Below, piece by piece: positions 1 to 11,939 of a stretch of 64,000 nucleotides of DNA; positions within the stretch are counted from its first letter, which is position 1, and every line of letters starts with the position of its first letter. This stretch comes from Candidatus Nitrospinota bacterium M3_3B_026 (GTDB taxonomy: Bacteria > Nitrospinota_A > UBA7883 > JBPRGF01): assembly GCA_051418015.1 (NCBI GenBank), contig JBPRGF010000023.1, positions 64,001 through 128,000 of the forward strand. The letters run 5' to 3'. The notes under the pieces were generated by a model that saw only the letters and a program-made list of their open reading frames with translations, was not told the DNA's origin and made no database searches. The position numbers were made by a program, and so were the translations under genes.

Positions 1-648
1 GGCGAGTTAAGAGACAAACTTTTTCTCCAGTTCATCAACCAGGCGCTGGACAAACTGAGGGGCGAGTTTCGCGAAAAGCACACCGCAAAGAAGGGCGACC
101 GTTTTTTCATCAAGGGCATCACCTATGAGATAGGCCCCTGCCAGTTGGAAAACGGCGCTTTCGCCTTCGAGATAAGCTCCAAGATACCGAAAGAGGCGCT
201 CCCCCCCGGCAAAAGCGCTGAAAGGTATTTCAACTCCGTGGTGAGGCTCGTCAAAAAGGCCGGGAAAAAGCCGGACGAAGCCAAGATGGAGAACATCATC
301 CATAACACCCACGAGGAAGAGCTCAAGGAGCGGGACTACGTGAAACTCAAGTACCGCTACAGGGACGGCGACCTTTATACGCTCAAGGATATGGAGAAGA
401 GGCTCAAGACCCACCAGGCGAAAAAGATCCCCCTGCCGGATATCCCCGGCGTCGCCACGCCGACCGGCAAGATCGTCCTTTCGCTGGTGACGGACTCCAT
501 GTTCAAACTGGCCAAAAAGAACGTCCAGGACCTCGTCACCGCCAACGAGCAAATCAAGGCCGATTTCAAGGCGAAAGCCAGGACAGCGAAAAAACCGGCG
601 GCGAAGAAAAAGAAAACCACCACCGGAAAACGGAAAGTGAAAGGATAG
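1..648 (+). CDS. Hypothetical protein, 5'-truncated by the window edge, with Lys-rich C-terminal tail
   Basis: Frame 1 is open from base 1 (GELRDKLFLQF...) through track ORF 145..648. It stops 4 nt before the prfB ATG. Confidence 0.7.
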   Translation, partial: GELRDKLFLQFINQALDKLRGEFREKHTAKKGDRFFIKGITYEIGPCQLENGAFAFEISSKIPKEALPPGKSAERYFNSVVRLVKKAGKKPDEAKMENIIHNTHEEELKERDYVKLKYRYRDGDLYTLKDMEKRLKTHQAKKIPLPDIPGVATPTGKIVLSLVTDSMFKLAKKNVQDLVTANEQIKADFKAKARTAKKPAAKKKKTTTGKRKVKG

Positions 649-652
649 AAAG

Positions 653-1748
653 ATGCGCGAGGATCTAAGCGAGTCCCTGGAGACAACCCGCTCCAAGCTC
701 GAACGGATGCGAGGCCATCTTTGACATCCCCGGAAAAGTTTCAGAGCTTGCCGAGCTGGACAGGAAGATAGCCGCCCCCGGCTTCTGGGACGACCACGAG
801 GCCGCCCAGCCCGTCATAAAACGCAAATCCGCCCTCGAAAAATCCGTCCGGGATTTCCAGGCCCTGGAGGGCAGGCTGGCCCATCTCGAGGAAATGGCGG
901 AGCTTCTGCGGCAGGAGGAGGACGAGGCCATGACGGCCGATGCCTTCCGGGAGGCCGAAGCCCTGGCGGAGCAGACGGCGCGGATGGAGCTTGCCGTCAT
1001 GCTCGCGGGCGAGCACGACACCGACAACGCCATCGTGGAGATACACCCCGGCGCGGGCGGGACGGAGTCGCAGGACTGGGCGGAGATGCTCATGCGCATG
1101 TACCTGCGCTGGGCGGAGCGCAGGGGCTACAAGACCCGCGTCGTGGACATCCTCCCGGGCGAGGAGGCGGGGATAAAGTCGGCCACCTTCATGGTCTCGG
1201 GCGAGTACGCTTTCGGTTATCTCAAGGCCGAGGCGGGCGTCCACAGGCTTGTCAGGATATCCCCCTTCGACAGCCAGAAGCGCCGCCACACCTCCTTCTG
1301 CTCGGTCTCCGTGACGCCGGAGATCACCGACGAGGTGGAGGTGAAAATAAACGACGACGACCTGAAAATAGACACCTACCGCTCCTCCGGCGCCGGCGGC
1401 CAGCACGTGAACGTGACCGACTCGGCGGTGCGGATAACCCACGTCCCCACCGGGATCGTCGTCTCCTGCCAGAACGAGCGCAGCCAGCACAAGAACAAGG
1501 CCCTCGCCCTGAAGGTGCTGAAAGGCAAACTCTACGCCAGGGAGGAGGAGAAGCGCCGCCAGAAGATGGAGGGCCTCACGGGGGAGAAAAAGGGGATCGA
1601 ATGGGGCTCGCAGATACGATCCTACGTCCTCCAGCCCTACCAGATGGTAAAGGACCTGCGGACCAGGATAGAGATCGGTGACGTCAACCGCGTTCTCGAC
1701 GGCGATATCGACACGTTCATAGAAGGATACCTGCTGAGTGGACGCTGA
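653..1748 (+). CDS. prfB: Peptide chain release factor 2 with +1 programmed ribosomal frameshift
   Basis: ATG 653 reads MREDLSESLETTRSKLERMRGHL, then CTT TGA C at 719-725 preceded by internal SD-like GAGG (711-714). The +1 frame joins ORF 894..1748, which carries SPF (RISPFD) and GGQ motifs. Confidence 0.96.
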
Positions 1749-1999
1749 ATGCTTTTCATTCATCATTCCAGCATTTGCATCGATTTCGCACATTAAATAT
1801 AACGAAACACGCCATAAACCCCCTCAAAAACCGGCCCCAAAACGGAAAAAGAATCTCCATCGAAAACCGGTCATCCTTCCCGATAGCCGGAATGGGGAAA
1901 GCGCCGGGGGTTGACAGTTTGCGCCCAGAGCGCGAGATTCCTTAAAGCCGGTGTCTTTAAAATCTGTGGCGGATCTGCTGTCATAAACTGGAGGTAGTT

Positions 2000-4369
2000 A
2001 TGGAGGAGAAAAGGGGGAGTCGCCCAAAAATTCCGGGAAAATCATTCATGACAGGCAAAGGCGCCGTGGCCGCGCTCATCGCGGTTCTGGCGTTTGCGCT
2101 ATCCGGGGCGCATGACGCGCGCGCAGCGAAGAAGGGAGGCCATGACTACGTAATTTCAATCAACTACGAGCTGGGGATGCACTGTACGGGGTTTGACTTT
2201 TCCTATTGTTGCGTGCTGCCCCCTTATAACAGCATCCTCACCCAAGTGGTCAAACATGGCCGGCTGGACGGGAGCGGCCTGCCGCAGGTTCTCGGAGCCG
2301 ACCCGAACGACCACAGCGTCCTAGTGGACGGCGACAAGCGTTTCAAGCTTTATTATGAGCACGTCGGCAACACCTACTCCGAAGGGAACAAGATGGCCTA
2401 CTGGAACGTTCCCTTCGACATCGACGGCGACGGCAACCCCTTCGAGCCGGGCGAATCGGTCGCCAACGCGGTTTTCCGCCACCTTTATATTTACAAGGAC
2501 CTTGAAGGCTCCAACCCCTCCGGGACCAGCAAGGACGCCGACAAGCTCAACGTCGGAGTGGACCTTCAGATACCGGTCGACTCCGGCCCCACGGGCCAGC
2601 CGGTATCCGGCAGCTACCTTAAATACTCCGGTGAGAAGGGCACCATCGTCTTCACCAAAAGCCCCGTGCTCGACAATACCCCGATAGTGCTGACGAACCC
2701 CGGCATCTGGGAGGCCCTGGGCCTGCCGCTCACCGGGTTCTACGACAAGGACGCCGAGAAGGGCTTTTTGAAACTTACGGAAAAAGACATCCAGCCCTAT
2801 CAGGAGGCGAGGGTCACCCTGGTGGACGCGAAGACCGGCAAGGCCATCATAGACTCCACCGGCAAGCCGGTCTCCTACACCGGGACGAACCCGATAGACG
2901 TCCCCAACTGCTTCAATTGCCACTCCAACGAAAACGCCAACGGCGTGAAGTTCGGCAAGTACAAGGGCGAGCTTGAATACTGGAAGTCCGTCGGCGCCTC
3001 CGACTGGATCGCCCAGCTGAAGGCCACGGCCATATCGATACTGGAGATCCACGACGCCTACCACGGCACGGACTTTCTGAAAAACTACAACCCCAAAGCC
3101 TCCAGCAACAGGCTGGGCCGCTCGCCGGTCATCTGCCAGGAGTGCCACGCGGACAACGTCATAGGCGTCCTCGGCTCCAAGACGGTCGATGACAAGACGG
3201 CGCCCAACGCCGACGCGAGCATGAAAGGCAAGACCATCTCCGCGCTGACGGAGGCGATCCACTCCAGGCACCAGCGCCTGCGCCCCCTGCCGGACTCCGA
3301 GGGCCGCACGGGCGCCTGCCAGGGATGTCACCCGGCCCACAGGCAGGATCGGAGCATGGAAAGCTACCCCATCACCCCGATGGGCGAGAACACCTACGCC
3401 AAGGCTGACAACCGCGACGCGGCCGGCGGCTGCTACGTGGGCCGCGACGTCCACTCCAACCCGAACAAGGACAAGGACGGCGCCGGGACGCCCGCCCACC
3501 TGAACGCTATCGGCGAATATCTCGCCGAGAATGTGGTCAAGGAGGATGGGAAGTTCAAGGGCCTCTGGTGCACCAACTGTCACAACCAGCTCTCCCGCGA
3601 GCTTTATGAGCGCGACAACCTGAAGAACGCCTTCAAACAGGAGGGCGACACCATCAGGGACAAGTCCCTCAGGCAGATCGCCAAGGCGATCGGCGTAAGC
3701 GAGAAAGAGCTGATCGAAAAATACATCGACCCGAAAGTCCCGCTCAAAGGGGAGGACGCCGGCAGCGGCGTCATCCTGACCTGGGCGAAGGAACGCCTGG
3801 TACCCTCCATCGCGGTCATCGAGGTCAGCGACAAGGGCCCGGTGGTCAGCAAGGACGCGGACGGCGACGTCAACGTGAAGATACTCTCCGCCAACCCGTC
3901 GGCCAAGGTGAAGAACGGCGCGGCGGTGCCCTACGAGGCGGCCACCCACGGGCGGGACTATTGGCTCTCCCCCGGCGAGCCGCACTGCGCGGACTGCCAC
4001 GCCCCGCCCTTCGTCGAGGGCCAGGGGGGAGTGGCCTTCCCGATCAACCAGCCCGGCAAGTACTCCCTGATGAGATACTCCAAGGGCCACGCGGGGCTCT
4101 CCTGCCAGTTCTGCCACGAGTCGATCCACGGCCTCTACCCGGTGACCGACAAGGTGGACCTCACCACCTACAGGCAGGCGGCCATGATGAACCCCGACGG
4201 CTCCCACGGCCCGGTCAAGTGCGCGGCGTGCCACGAGGTGAACAAAAACGGCGTGCCGAAGCTGGCCGAGGACAGGGAGTGGAACGGCAGGAAGATCGGC
4301 TCCGACTACGACGCGGCGGTGAGCTACATGCACTCCATCGCGCCGGACCTGGGCGGGGCCAACCCCTGA
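2000..4369 (+). CDS. Secreted multiheme c-type cytochrome (7 CXXCH)
   Basis: GGAGGT SD upstream and a signal-like hydrophobic stretch ending ARA-A. Motifs: CFNCH, CQECH, CQGCH, CTNCH, CADCH, CQFCH, CAACH. N-terminal INYELGMHC...CCVLPPYN motif. Confidence 0.88.
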   Translation: MEEKRGSRPKIPGKSFMTGKGAVAALIAVLAFALSGAHDARAAKKGGHDYVISINYELGMHCTGFDFSYCCVLPPYNSILTQVVKHGRLDGSGLPQVLGADPNDHSVLVDGDKRFKLYYEHVGNTYSEGNKMAYWNVPFDIDGDGNPFEPGESVANAVFRHLYIYKDLEGSNPSGTSKDADKLNVGVDLQIPVDSGPTGQPVSGSYLKYSGEKGTIVFTKSPVLDNTPIVLTNPGIWEALGLPLTGFYDKDAEKGFLKLTEKDIQPYQEARVTLVDAKTGKAIIDSTGKPVSYTGTNPIDVPNCFNCHSNENANGVKFGKYKGELEYWKSVGASDWIAQLKATAISILEIHDAYHGTDFLKNYNPKASSNRLGRSPVICQECHADNVIGVLGSKTVDDKTAPNADASMKGKTISALTEAIHSRHQRLRPLPDSEGRTGACQGCHPAHRQDRSMESYPITPMGENTYAKADNRDAAGGCYVGRDVHSNPNKDKDGAGTPAHLNAIGEYLAENVVKEDGKFKGLWCTNCHNQLSRELYERDNLKNAFKQEGDTIRDKSLRQIAKAIGVSEKELIEKYIDPKVPLKGEDAGSGVILTWAKERLVPSIAVIEVSDKGPVVSKDADGDVNVKILSANPSAKVKNGAAVPYEAATHGRDYWLSPGEPHCADCHAPPFVEGQGGVAFPINQPGKYSLMRYSKGHAGLSCQFCHESIHGLYPVTDKVDLTTYRQAAMMNPDGSHGPVKCAACHEVNKNGVPKLAEDREWNGRKIGSDYDAAVSYMHSIAPDLGGANP

Positions 4370-4389
4370 CCGGACTGATGTAACCGACG

Positions 4390-4560
4390 AACGGCCGGCG
4401 GGCTTTTTAACCAGCGACCCCTCCCCCTTGAAGGGGGAGGGCTGGGAGGGGGTGATATTTTTCAGCCCCCCTCCCCTTTGTCCCCTCCCGCCGGGGGAGG
4501 GGGAGATGGAGAAGCTCAACCAAAAATCGGCGGGCTTTTTCGGGCCCGCCGGCCGTTTTT
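4390..4560 (+). terminator. Terminator-like inverted repeat interrupted by a REP doublet
   Basis: Perfect 14-bp inverted repeat AACGGCCGGCGGGC (4390-4403) / GCCCGCCGGCCGTT (4544-4557), followed by a T-run. Confidence 0.55.
4418..4506. repeat. Inverted pair of CCCCTCCC...GGGAGGGG palindromic REP-like units
   Basis: CCCCTCCCCCTTGAAGGGGGAGGGCTGGGAGGGGGTGA is followed by an oppositely oriented related unit. Relatives occur near 27148-27365 and 54473-54545. Confidence 0.65.
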
Positions 4561-4576
4561 ACTTTAAAATTCTCTT

Positions 4577-5857
4577 ATGGCGGTTAAGCATCTCATGAGA
4601 AAATGTCTTTCAATACCCGCGGCCTTCCTGGCCGCTGTCCTGTTGGCCGCCGCGCCGTCTGCCGCGGCCACGCCGCTCGCGAAGGTTGGCGATCGCGTCA
4701 TAACGCTGGAGGAGATCAAAAAGGTCGTCGCCAGCATGCCCCTGGGGGGCGGCGTGAACGACCTTGAGCTTATCGCCGAAGCCCTCGAAGGCGCCATAGA
4801 CTCGGAGCTGCTTTATATCGAGGCGAAAGAATCCGGCCTGACCGAATCCGAAAAGTTCCGCCGCGAGGCGGCCGAGTTCAGGGAAGCGACTCTGGCGGAC
4901 GCTTACCGTAAAAAAATGTATGAGACGAAAGCCGAAGTGAGCGAAAAGGAAATAACCGAATTCGCCAAACGGGAAGGCGCCACGCGAAGGCTGGCCGAGT
5001 CCATCCTGAAGTCGAGAAAACGCGAAGCGGCCGCGCAAAAAGAAGCCGCCCGCCTGTTCGAGGCCCACAACGTCGCCTTTTCTCCCATCGTCGCTGAAAA
5101 GAGCGTGGACAGCCTAGAGGACGGCGACCTGCTCGCGAGCGCGGATTCGTTCAGGATATTCTATAAAGACGTCCGCGGAGCCATGGCCAACTACGGCGGC
5201 GGCAAGGAGGGACTATTGGACCTTCTTGCGCAAATGGTGGAAGTTAAACTCTTCGCCGCCGCGGCGGAGGAGGCGGGGCTTGCCGAAGACGCCGAGTTCC
5301 GCGCGGTGACGGCCGAATACGAAAAGAGCCTGGCGGTCAACATGCGCCGGGAGCGGCTCCACGAGAAGAACGCCCCCACGGAAAAGGAGATAGAGCGCTA
5401 CATCGAGGAAAACCCATACCTGCGAAGCCAGCCACGGTTCGCCTCGGCCCTGATGATCGTGACCAGGACGAAGGAAGAGGCCCTGAGGCTGCGAGAGAGG
5501 GCGATGGCGGGAGAGAATTTCCACGAGCTGGCCATGGAACATTCCATAGTCCCCAGCGCGAAGGCGACCGCCGGCAGGATCCCACCCATAAGGATCGGCG
5601 GCGGGCCGTATTCCGTCATCGACCGCTCCCTGCTCTCCCTGAAACCGGGGGAGGTGACGGAGCCGATCGAGGGGACTAAAGGCTACAGCATCTTCAAGCT
5701 CATCGAGATCACCGATGCGAAGCCGAGGGACGAGATAGAGATGAGAAAACTGGCCGGGGCCGCCCTGCTCGAGGTGAGGCTGGAAGAGCATCTTGCGAAG
5801 CTGCGCTCCTCCGGGCGGGTGGAGATATACGAGGCCGGGGCAGCTTCCGTTCAGTAG
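4577..5857 (+). CDS. Periplasmic PpiC/parvulin-type peptidyl-prolyl isomerase (SurA/PrsA-like chaperone)
   Basis: Signal peptide, [13 protein letters not shown] start, FHELAMEHS and [21 protein letters not shown] rotamase motifs. Confidence 0.8.
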   Translation: MAVKHLMRKCLSIPAAFLAAVLLAAAPSAAATPLAKVGDRVITLEEIKKVVASMPLGGGVNDLELIAEALEGAIDSELLYIEAKESGLTESEKFRREAAEFREATLADAYRKKMYETKAEVSEKEITEFAKREGATRRLAESILKSRKREAAAQKEAARLFEAHNVAFSPIVAEKSVDSLEDGDLLASADSFRIFYKDVRGAMANYGGGKEGLLDLLAQMVEVKLFAAAAEEAGLAEDAEFRAVTAEYEKSLAVNMRRERLHEKNAPTEKEIERYIEENPYLRSQPRFASALMIVTRTKEEALRLRERAMAGENFHELAMEHSIVPSAKATAGRIPPIRIGGGPYSVIDRSLLSLKPGEVTEPIEGTKGYSIFKLIEITDAKPRDEIEMRKLAGAALLEVRLEEHLAKLRSSGRVEIYEAGAASVQ

Positions 5858-7116
5858 CCGTCCGGCTCTCTTCGTATCGAGGCGCCGAGGGCGGACAGCT
5901 TCTTCTCTATGCTCTCGTAGCCACGGTCGAGGTGGTAGATTCGCAGAACCTCCGTCACCCCCTCGGCGGCCAGCCCGGCCAGGACCAGCGAGGCCGACGC
6001 GCGAAGGTCCGTGGCCATGACCGCCGCGCCGGTGAGCGAGCGGACACCCCTGACCATCGCCGCGGCGCCGTCCACCTTTATGTCCGCGCCCATCCTGCGA
6101 AGCTCCGCCACGTGCATGAACCTGTTCTCGAATATGGTCTCCTTTATCACCGAGGCGCCGTCCGCGAGTGACATGAGGGCCATGAACTGCGCCTGCATGT
6201 CCGTGGGGAAGCCAGGATACGGCGCGGTGGCGCCGGAGACCGGTTTTATGACCCCGCCGCCGCGGACGCGGATATCCCCGCCGTCAATGGATATATCCGC
6301 CCCCGCCTCGGTAAGCTTGCCGATGACGGCGGAGAGGCGCTCAGGCTCCGCGCCTTTGATCGTGACGTCGCCGCCCGTTATCGCCGCGGCGGTCATGAAC
6401 GTGCCGGCTTCGATCCTGTCCGGGATCACCGTGGTTTCCGCCGGGGCCAGGGAGTCCACGCCGTCGATGGTCACCGTGGCCGTCCCGGCGCCCTGCACCC
6501 TAGCGCCCATGGAGTTCAAGAAATCCGCCAGGGCGGCCACCTCCGGCTCGCGGGCGGCGTTCTCTATCACCGTGCGCCCTTTCGCAAGGCACGCGGCCAT
6601 CATGACGTTCATCACCCCCGTCACGGTGACGACGTCCATCGTCACGCGGCCGCCGCGCAGGCCCCCCGCCGCGTCCGCCTCGACGTAGCCATGGGATATG
6701 CCTATCTTCGCCCCCAGCGCCTCGAAGCCTTTAAGGTGCTGGTCCACCGGCCGCACCCCTATGGCGCAGCCGCCGGGCTGGCTCACCCTGGCGCGGCCCA
6801 GCCGGGCAAGAAGCGGACCCGCCACCATGAACGACGCCCTCATTGTTTTCACCAGCTCGTAGGGCGCCTCGTGGCCTATCGGCCCGCCCGTGTCCACCCG
6901 CCAGGCCGAATCGCCGATCCGCTCCACCCGGGCGCCAAGAGCTTCCAGAAGCTTTATGATCGTGCGCACGTCCCGCAGGTCCGGGACGTCTCGGATGACA
7001 CTCTCGCCCGGAGCCAGCAGCGTCGCGGCGAAGATGGGCAGGGCGGCGTTCTTGGCGCCGGAGACTTTTATGGCTCCCTTCAGCGCCCTGCCGCCTTCGA
7101 TGACCAGCTTGTCCAA
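5851..7116 (-). CDS. murA: UDP-N-acetylglucosamine 1-carboxyvinyltransferase
   Basis: [23 protein letters not shown] (catalytic Cys), PGFPTDMQ and HLDRGYE. Confidence 0.97.
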   Translation of the reverse strand: MDKLVIEGGRALKGAIKVSGAKNAALPIFAATLLAPGESVIRDVPDLRDVRTIIKLLEALGARVERIGDSAWRVDTGGPIGHEAPYELVKTMRASFMVAGPLLARLGRARVSQPGGCAIGVRPVDQHLKGFEALGAKIGISHGYVEADAAGGLRGGRVTMDVVTVTGVMNVMMAACLAKGRTVIENAAREPEVAALADFLNSMGARVQGAGTATVTIDGVDSLAPAETTVIPDRIEAGTFMTAAAITGGDVTIKGAEPERLSAVIGKLTEAGADISIDGGDIRVRGGGVIKPVSGATAPYPGFPTDMQAQFMALMSLADGASVIKETIFENRFMHVAELRRMGADIKVDGAAAMVRGVRSLTGAAVMATDLRASASLVLAGLAAEGVTEVLRIYHLDRGYESIEKKLSALGASIRREPDGY

Positions 7117-7117
7117 T

Positions 7118-8011
7118 TTATCCCCTGACAGCGATCAGCGCCCGCTCGGCCCCCGCCAGGTCGCGGACGAATTTTTTGAGACGGAGCCCGGCGGACTTCT
7201 CGACCAACCGGGATACAGCCCTGGACTGCCCGCCGCCTGTCTCCATCACCAGGCAGCCGCCTTCCCTGAGGTAGCCGGGGGCCTCTTCTATTATCCTGCT
7301 TATCACATCCAGCCCGTCCGGGCCGGCGTATACCGCCCCATGCGGCTCACGCGCCACCTCGGGCGACACACCCTCCGCCCCCTCCGGAACGTAAGGGGGG
7401 TTCGTGACTATGATGTCGAACATCGCGCCTTTTGCCGCCGAGAACAGGTCGGATACCGCGAAATCGATCCTGTCCGCCACGCCGAGCCTCCGCGCGTTCT
7501 CCCCGGCCACGGCCAGCGCGCCGGGCTCTGAGTCAACGGCGCGGACCTTCCACCTCGGCGCATGGAGGGCAAGCGTCACGGCGATGGCGCCGGAGCCCGT
7601 CCCCACGTCCAGGACGCTTGCGGCCTCCAGCGGGTCGAAAAGCGCCAGAGCGGCGTCCACGAGCGTCTCCGTTTCCGGCCGTGGTATGAGAACCGCCGGG
7701 GTCACGTGAAACGACAGCGAGTAAAACTCCTTTTCGCCGGTGATATAGGCAAGCGGCTCGCGGGCGGTTCTCCGCGCGATGAGTTTTTCAAAATCCGCCG
7801 CCGCGTCCTCCGGCGCCGGGTCGTGAGCGTGGGCCAGGACGAACCCCCTGTCCACGCCAAGGGCATGGGCCAGGAGAAGGCTGGAGTCGAGCCGGAAAGA
7901 CTCCACCCCGGCGGCTTCCAATATCCTCCCGCCCCACGCCAGAAGGTCCGCCAGGGTCTGCGTCACACCGGATTTTCCCCCGCGCGCGGCGGAGGTGGCG
8001 GCGGTTTTCAT
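7118..8011 (-). CDS. prmC: Release factor glutamine methyltransferase
   Basis: [27 protein letters not shown] and NPPY; lies directly downstream of prfA. Confidence 0.95.
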   Translation of the reverse strand: MKTAATSAARGGKSGVTQTLADLLAWGGRILEAAGVESFRLDSSLLLAHALGVDRGFVLAHAHDPAPEDAAADFEKLIARRTAREPLAYITGEKEFYSLSFHVTPAVLIPRPETETLVDAALALFDPLEAASVLDVGTGSGAIAVTLALHAPRWKVRAVDSEPGALAVAGENARRLGVADRIDFAVSDLFSAAKGAMFDIIVTNPPYVPEGAEGVSPEVAREPHGAVYAGPDGLDVISRIIEEAPGYLREGGCLVMETGGGQSRAVSRLVEKSAGLRLKKFVRDLAGAERALIAVRG

Positions 8012-8025
8012 GAAACCCGGGCGCC

Positions 8026-9111
8026 TCAGGCGCCGGCCGCCACGGCCTCGCCGTTTTTCAAAAGCCTCTCCTGCGCGGCGAACACCAGGGCGTCTATCAT
8101 CTCGTCGAGATCACCGTCCAGGAAGGATTCCAGCTTGTAGAGAGTCATGTTGATCCTGTGGTCCGTGACGCGGCCCTGGGGGAAGTTGTAGGTTCTTATC
8201 CTCTCGCTCCTGTCGCCCATGCCGACCTGGGCCTTACGCGCGGCGGACCGTTTGGCCGCCTCCTCCCGCTCCCGCCGGTCCTTCAGCCTGGCCGCCAGGA
8301 CCTTCATGGCCTTGATCCTGTTCTTGTGCTGGGATTTTTCGTCCTGCATGCTCACGGTGATCCCCGTCGGCAGGTGGGTCATCCTCACCGCCGAGTCGGT
8401 GGTGTTGACGGACTGGCCGCCGTGGCCCGAGGAGCGGAAGACGTCCACCTTCAGCTCGTTCGGGTCGATTTTCACCTCCACGTCCTCCGCCTCCGGCATG
8501 ATGGCCACGGTGCAGGCGGAGGTGTGTATCCGTCCCGAGCCTTCAGTGTCCGGGACGCGCTGGACGCGGTGGGCGCCGCTTTCGTTCTTGAGCCTGGAGT
8601 AGACCCCCTTGCCGGAGACCAGGGCGATGATCTCCTTGATACCGCCTATGCCCGTCTCGCTCAGGGACATGACCTCCACGTTCCACCCTCGCCTCTCGGC
8701 GTAGCGGGAATACATCCTGAAAAGGTCCGAGGCGAAAAGGGCCGCCTCCTCGCCGCCTGTCCCGGCGCGTATTTCCAGGATGATGTTCTTTTCGTCGTTG
8801 GGGTCCTTCGGCAGGAGCATGAGCCGAAGCTGTCTTTCCATCTTTTCGATCTCCGGACCGAGCTCCTCCACCTCCTGCCGCGCAAGCTCCACGATCTCCC
8901 TGTCGCTCTCCTGTTCAACGACGCTTTTCGCTCCGTCGAAGTCCGCCTTCAGCTTCCTGTATTCCCTGTACTTTTCAACCACCGGGCGAATTTCGGAAAG
9001 CTCCCTGGCGAGCTTCTCATACGCCGCCCTGTCCGCGGCCACAGCCGGGTCGCCCATCCTCTGGTGGATGGACTCGTACCTTTTCTCCATGTTCTCAAGG
9101 GAGGTAATCAT
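8026..9111 (-). CDS. prfA: Peptide chain release factor 1
   Basis: EIRAGTGGEEAALF, HRVQRVPDTE (PxT), GGQ and RTYNFPQGRVTDHR. Confidence 0.97.
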   Translation of the reverse strand: MITSLENMEKRYESIHQRMGDPAVAADRAAYEKLARELSEIRPVVEKYREYRKLKADFDGAKSVVEQESDREIVELARQEVEELGPEIEKMERQLRLMLLPKDPNDEKNIILEIRAGTGGEEAALFASDLFRMYSRYAERRGWNVEVMSLSETGIGGIKEIIALVSGKGVYSRLKNESGAHRVQRVPDTEGSGRIHTSACTVAIMPEAEDVEVKIDPNELKVDVFRSSGHGGQSVNTTDSAVRMTHLPTGITVSMQDEKSQHKNRIKAMKVLAARLKDRREREEAAKRSAARKAQVGMGDRSERIRTYNFPQGRVTDHRINMTLYKLESFLDGDLDEMIDALVFAAQERLLKNGEAVAAGA

Positions 9112-9169
9112 GACGGAACCCGGTCATAAAAAAAAGAAAGAAGACCGCGCGCCCCCTGCGGGACGGGCC

Positions 9170-9388
9170 TTAAGAACCCTCCGGCGCGGCCTTTTTGCCG
9201 TATTTCCGGCGGAACTTCTCGATGCGGCCGGCGGTGTCGATAAGCTTCTGCTTGCCGGTGTAGAAGGGGTGGCAGGACGAGCATATGTCCAGCTTGAGGA
9301 CGGGGACGGTTCCCCTGGTCTGCGCCCTGGCGCCGCAGGCGCACACTATCTCGCAGTCCACGTACTCAGGATGTATCTCTTTTTTCAT
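9170..9388 (-). CDS. rpmE: 50S ribosomal protein L31 (Zn-binding type)
   Basis: MKKEIHPEY...CACG...[14 protein letters not shown]. Confidence 0.96.
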   Translation of the reverse strand: MKKEIHPEYVDCEIVCACGARAQTRGTVPVLKLDICSSCHPFYTGKQKLIDTAGRIEKFRRKYGKKAAPEGS

Positions 9389-9444
9389 CTTTCCCTATAT
9401 CCTCGCGACACAAATAAATATTATATCTTAACTCTGCCCGTATT

Positions 9445-9681
9445 TTGCTGAAAAATCCGCCAGAATGGCGCCGTTCGCTTCGTCACGGCGGCCGAGCCTT
9501 TGCGATGTCATGCTGGACGAAGTGAAACATCTCATCCAGCGCAAGCCCACGAGATTCTTCGGCTTCGCCTCAGAATTACAACGTCCCGTTACGACGCCGC
9601 GCTGGCCGAAGCCCCGAGCCAAAAGGCGAAGCGCCCGGCGAAGTTTTTCATGATGACAGCTAAAAAGCGGTTTTTCAACAA
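9445..9681. mobile_element. MITE-like non-coding element containing a nested REP-like palindrome
   Basis: Imperfect terminal inverted repeats TTGCTGAAAAA (9445-9455) and TTTTTCAACAA (9671-9681), a 10/11 match. Internal TGTCATGCTG...CTCAGAATTACA unit at 9506-9580. Confidence 0.5.
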
Positions 9682-9693
9682 CCTTTTTAGAGG

Positions 9694-11019
<1,326 letters not shown>

Positions 11020-11289
11020 GATGGTCCGCTCTTTGATTTCCTATGTTGATTGGGGTTTTTCAGCTTTCACCGCGGGACAACCCGCCTTCCAGCCCGGACG
11101 GGTCAACAGGTTGAATAAGATCGCTCTGCCAGTTCTGTCCAGCAACCAAAGGCCAGGAATCGTTATTCGATCAGTGAAAATCCGTAACGTGTTTTATATA
11201 GTGGAACGAATCAGGAAAGCGCCCTCTCTTTTGATAGGGCTAATATTACTCACAATCCATTTCGCTGTCAATAGCCCGTCCGCGTTTTT

Positions 11290-11742
11290 TCACCCCTCGG
11301 ACGCGGCGGGCCTTTTCAGCGCCTGCGTCCTCTCGCAAAGGGTCTGGAGCGTGTACTTTTTCATCAGGCCGATGAACGTGCTCTTGAAGTCGGTGTAAAA
11401 CTCGTTTATGACGCACATGTTGTGGTTGTGGTCCGAACAGCGCCCCTCCACGCCCGAGGCGGCGGAGCAGTCCCACGGCTCGATCTTGCCCTCGGTGGCC
11501 TGGTAGATGTCGTACACGGAGATGCTCTCCGGCTCCATGCTTAGCTGGTAGCCGCCCTGGTAGCCGCGGGCGCTTCTCACCAGGCCGGCCTTTTTCAGGT
11601 CGGACAGTATCTGCTCAAGGAACCTGTATGGCAGATCCAGCTTTTCGGACAGAACCCTGCCCGAAACGGGCGCCTCGTCCGGCTCGCATTTCAGATACAA
11701 CAGGGCCAGCATCGCGTATTCGAACTTGGCTGAGAACTTCAT
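11290..11742 (-). CDS. Rrf2-family transcriptional regulator (CymR/IscR-like) with three C-terminal Cys
   Basis: FLEQILSDLKKAGLVRSARGYQGGYQL winged HTH and WDC-X9-C-X7-C. Divergent from the sulfur assimilation operon. Confidence 0.88.
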   Translation of the reverse strand: MKFSAKFEYAMLALLYLKCEPDEAPVSGRVLSEKLDLPYRFLEQILSDLKKAGLVRSARGYQGGYQLSMEPESISVYDIYQATEGKIEPWDCSAASGVEGRCSDHNHNMCVINEFYTDFKSTFIGLMKKYTLQTLCERTQALKRPAASEG

Positions 11743-11853
11743 TTTAATTTCCTCAATTCCTACTGAATTTATATCATATCAAAAGCCCGCCCGCCTGTCC
11801 ATGATTTTATCTGCTTGATAGTTCATCGGTTACAATAATTCTCAAAAAAATCT

Positions 11854-11881
11854 TTGACATCCTGGCCCAAATCCGTATCAT
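11854..11881 (+). promoter_or_regulatory. Sigma70-like promoter of the cysH operon
   Basis: TTGACA (11854-11859), 16 nt spacer, TATCAT (11876-11881). Confidence 0.6.
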
Positions 11882-11887
11882 TTACAT

Positions 11888-11912
11888 AATTCCTATTTAT
11901 TTTATCGGAATT
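11888..11912. promoter_or_regulatory. CymR/Rrf2-type operator
   Basis: Imperfect palindrome AATTCCTATTTATTTTATCGGAATT just after the -10. A related site AATTCCTACTGAATTTATATCATAT lies at 11755-11779, upstream of the regulator start. Confidence 0.65.
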
Positions 11913-11939
11913 GTTAACTCAGCAAGGAGATATGATCTT

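Noticed and set aside
653..893. prfB as a frameshifted pseudogene
   Set aside because: The break is the canonical CTT-TGA-C programmed frameshift.
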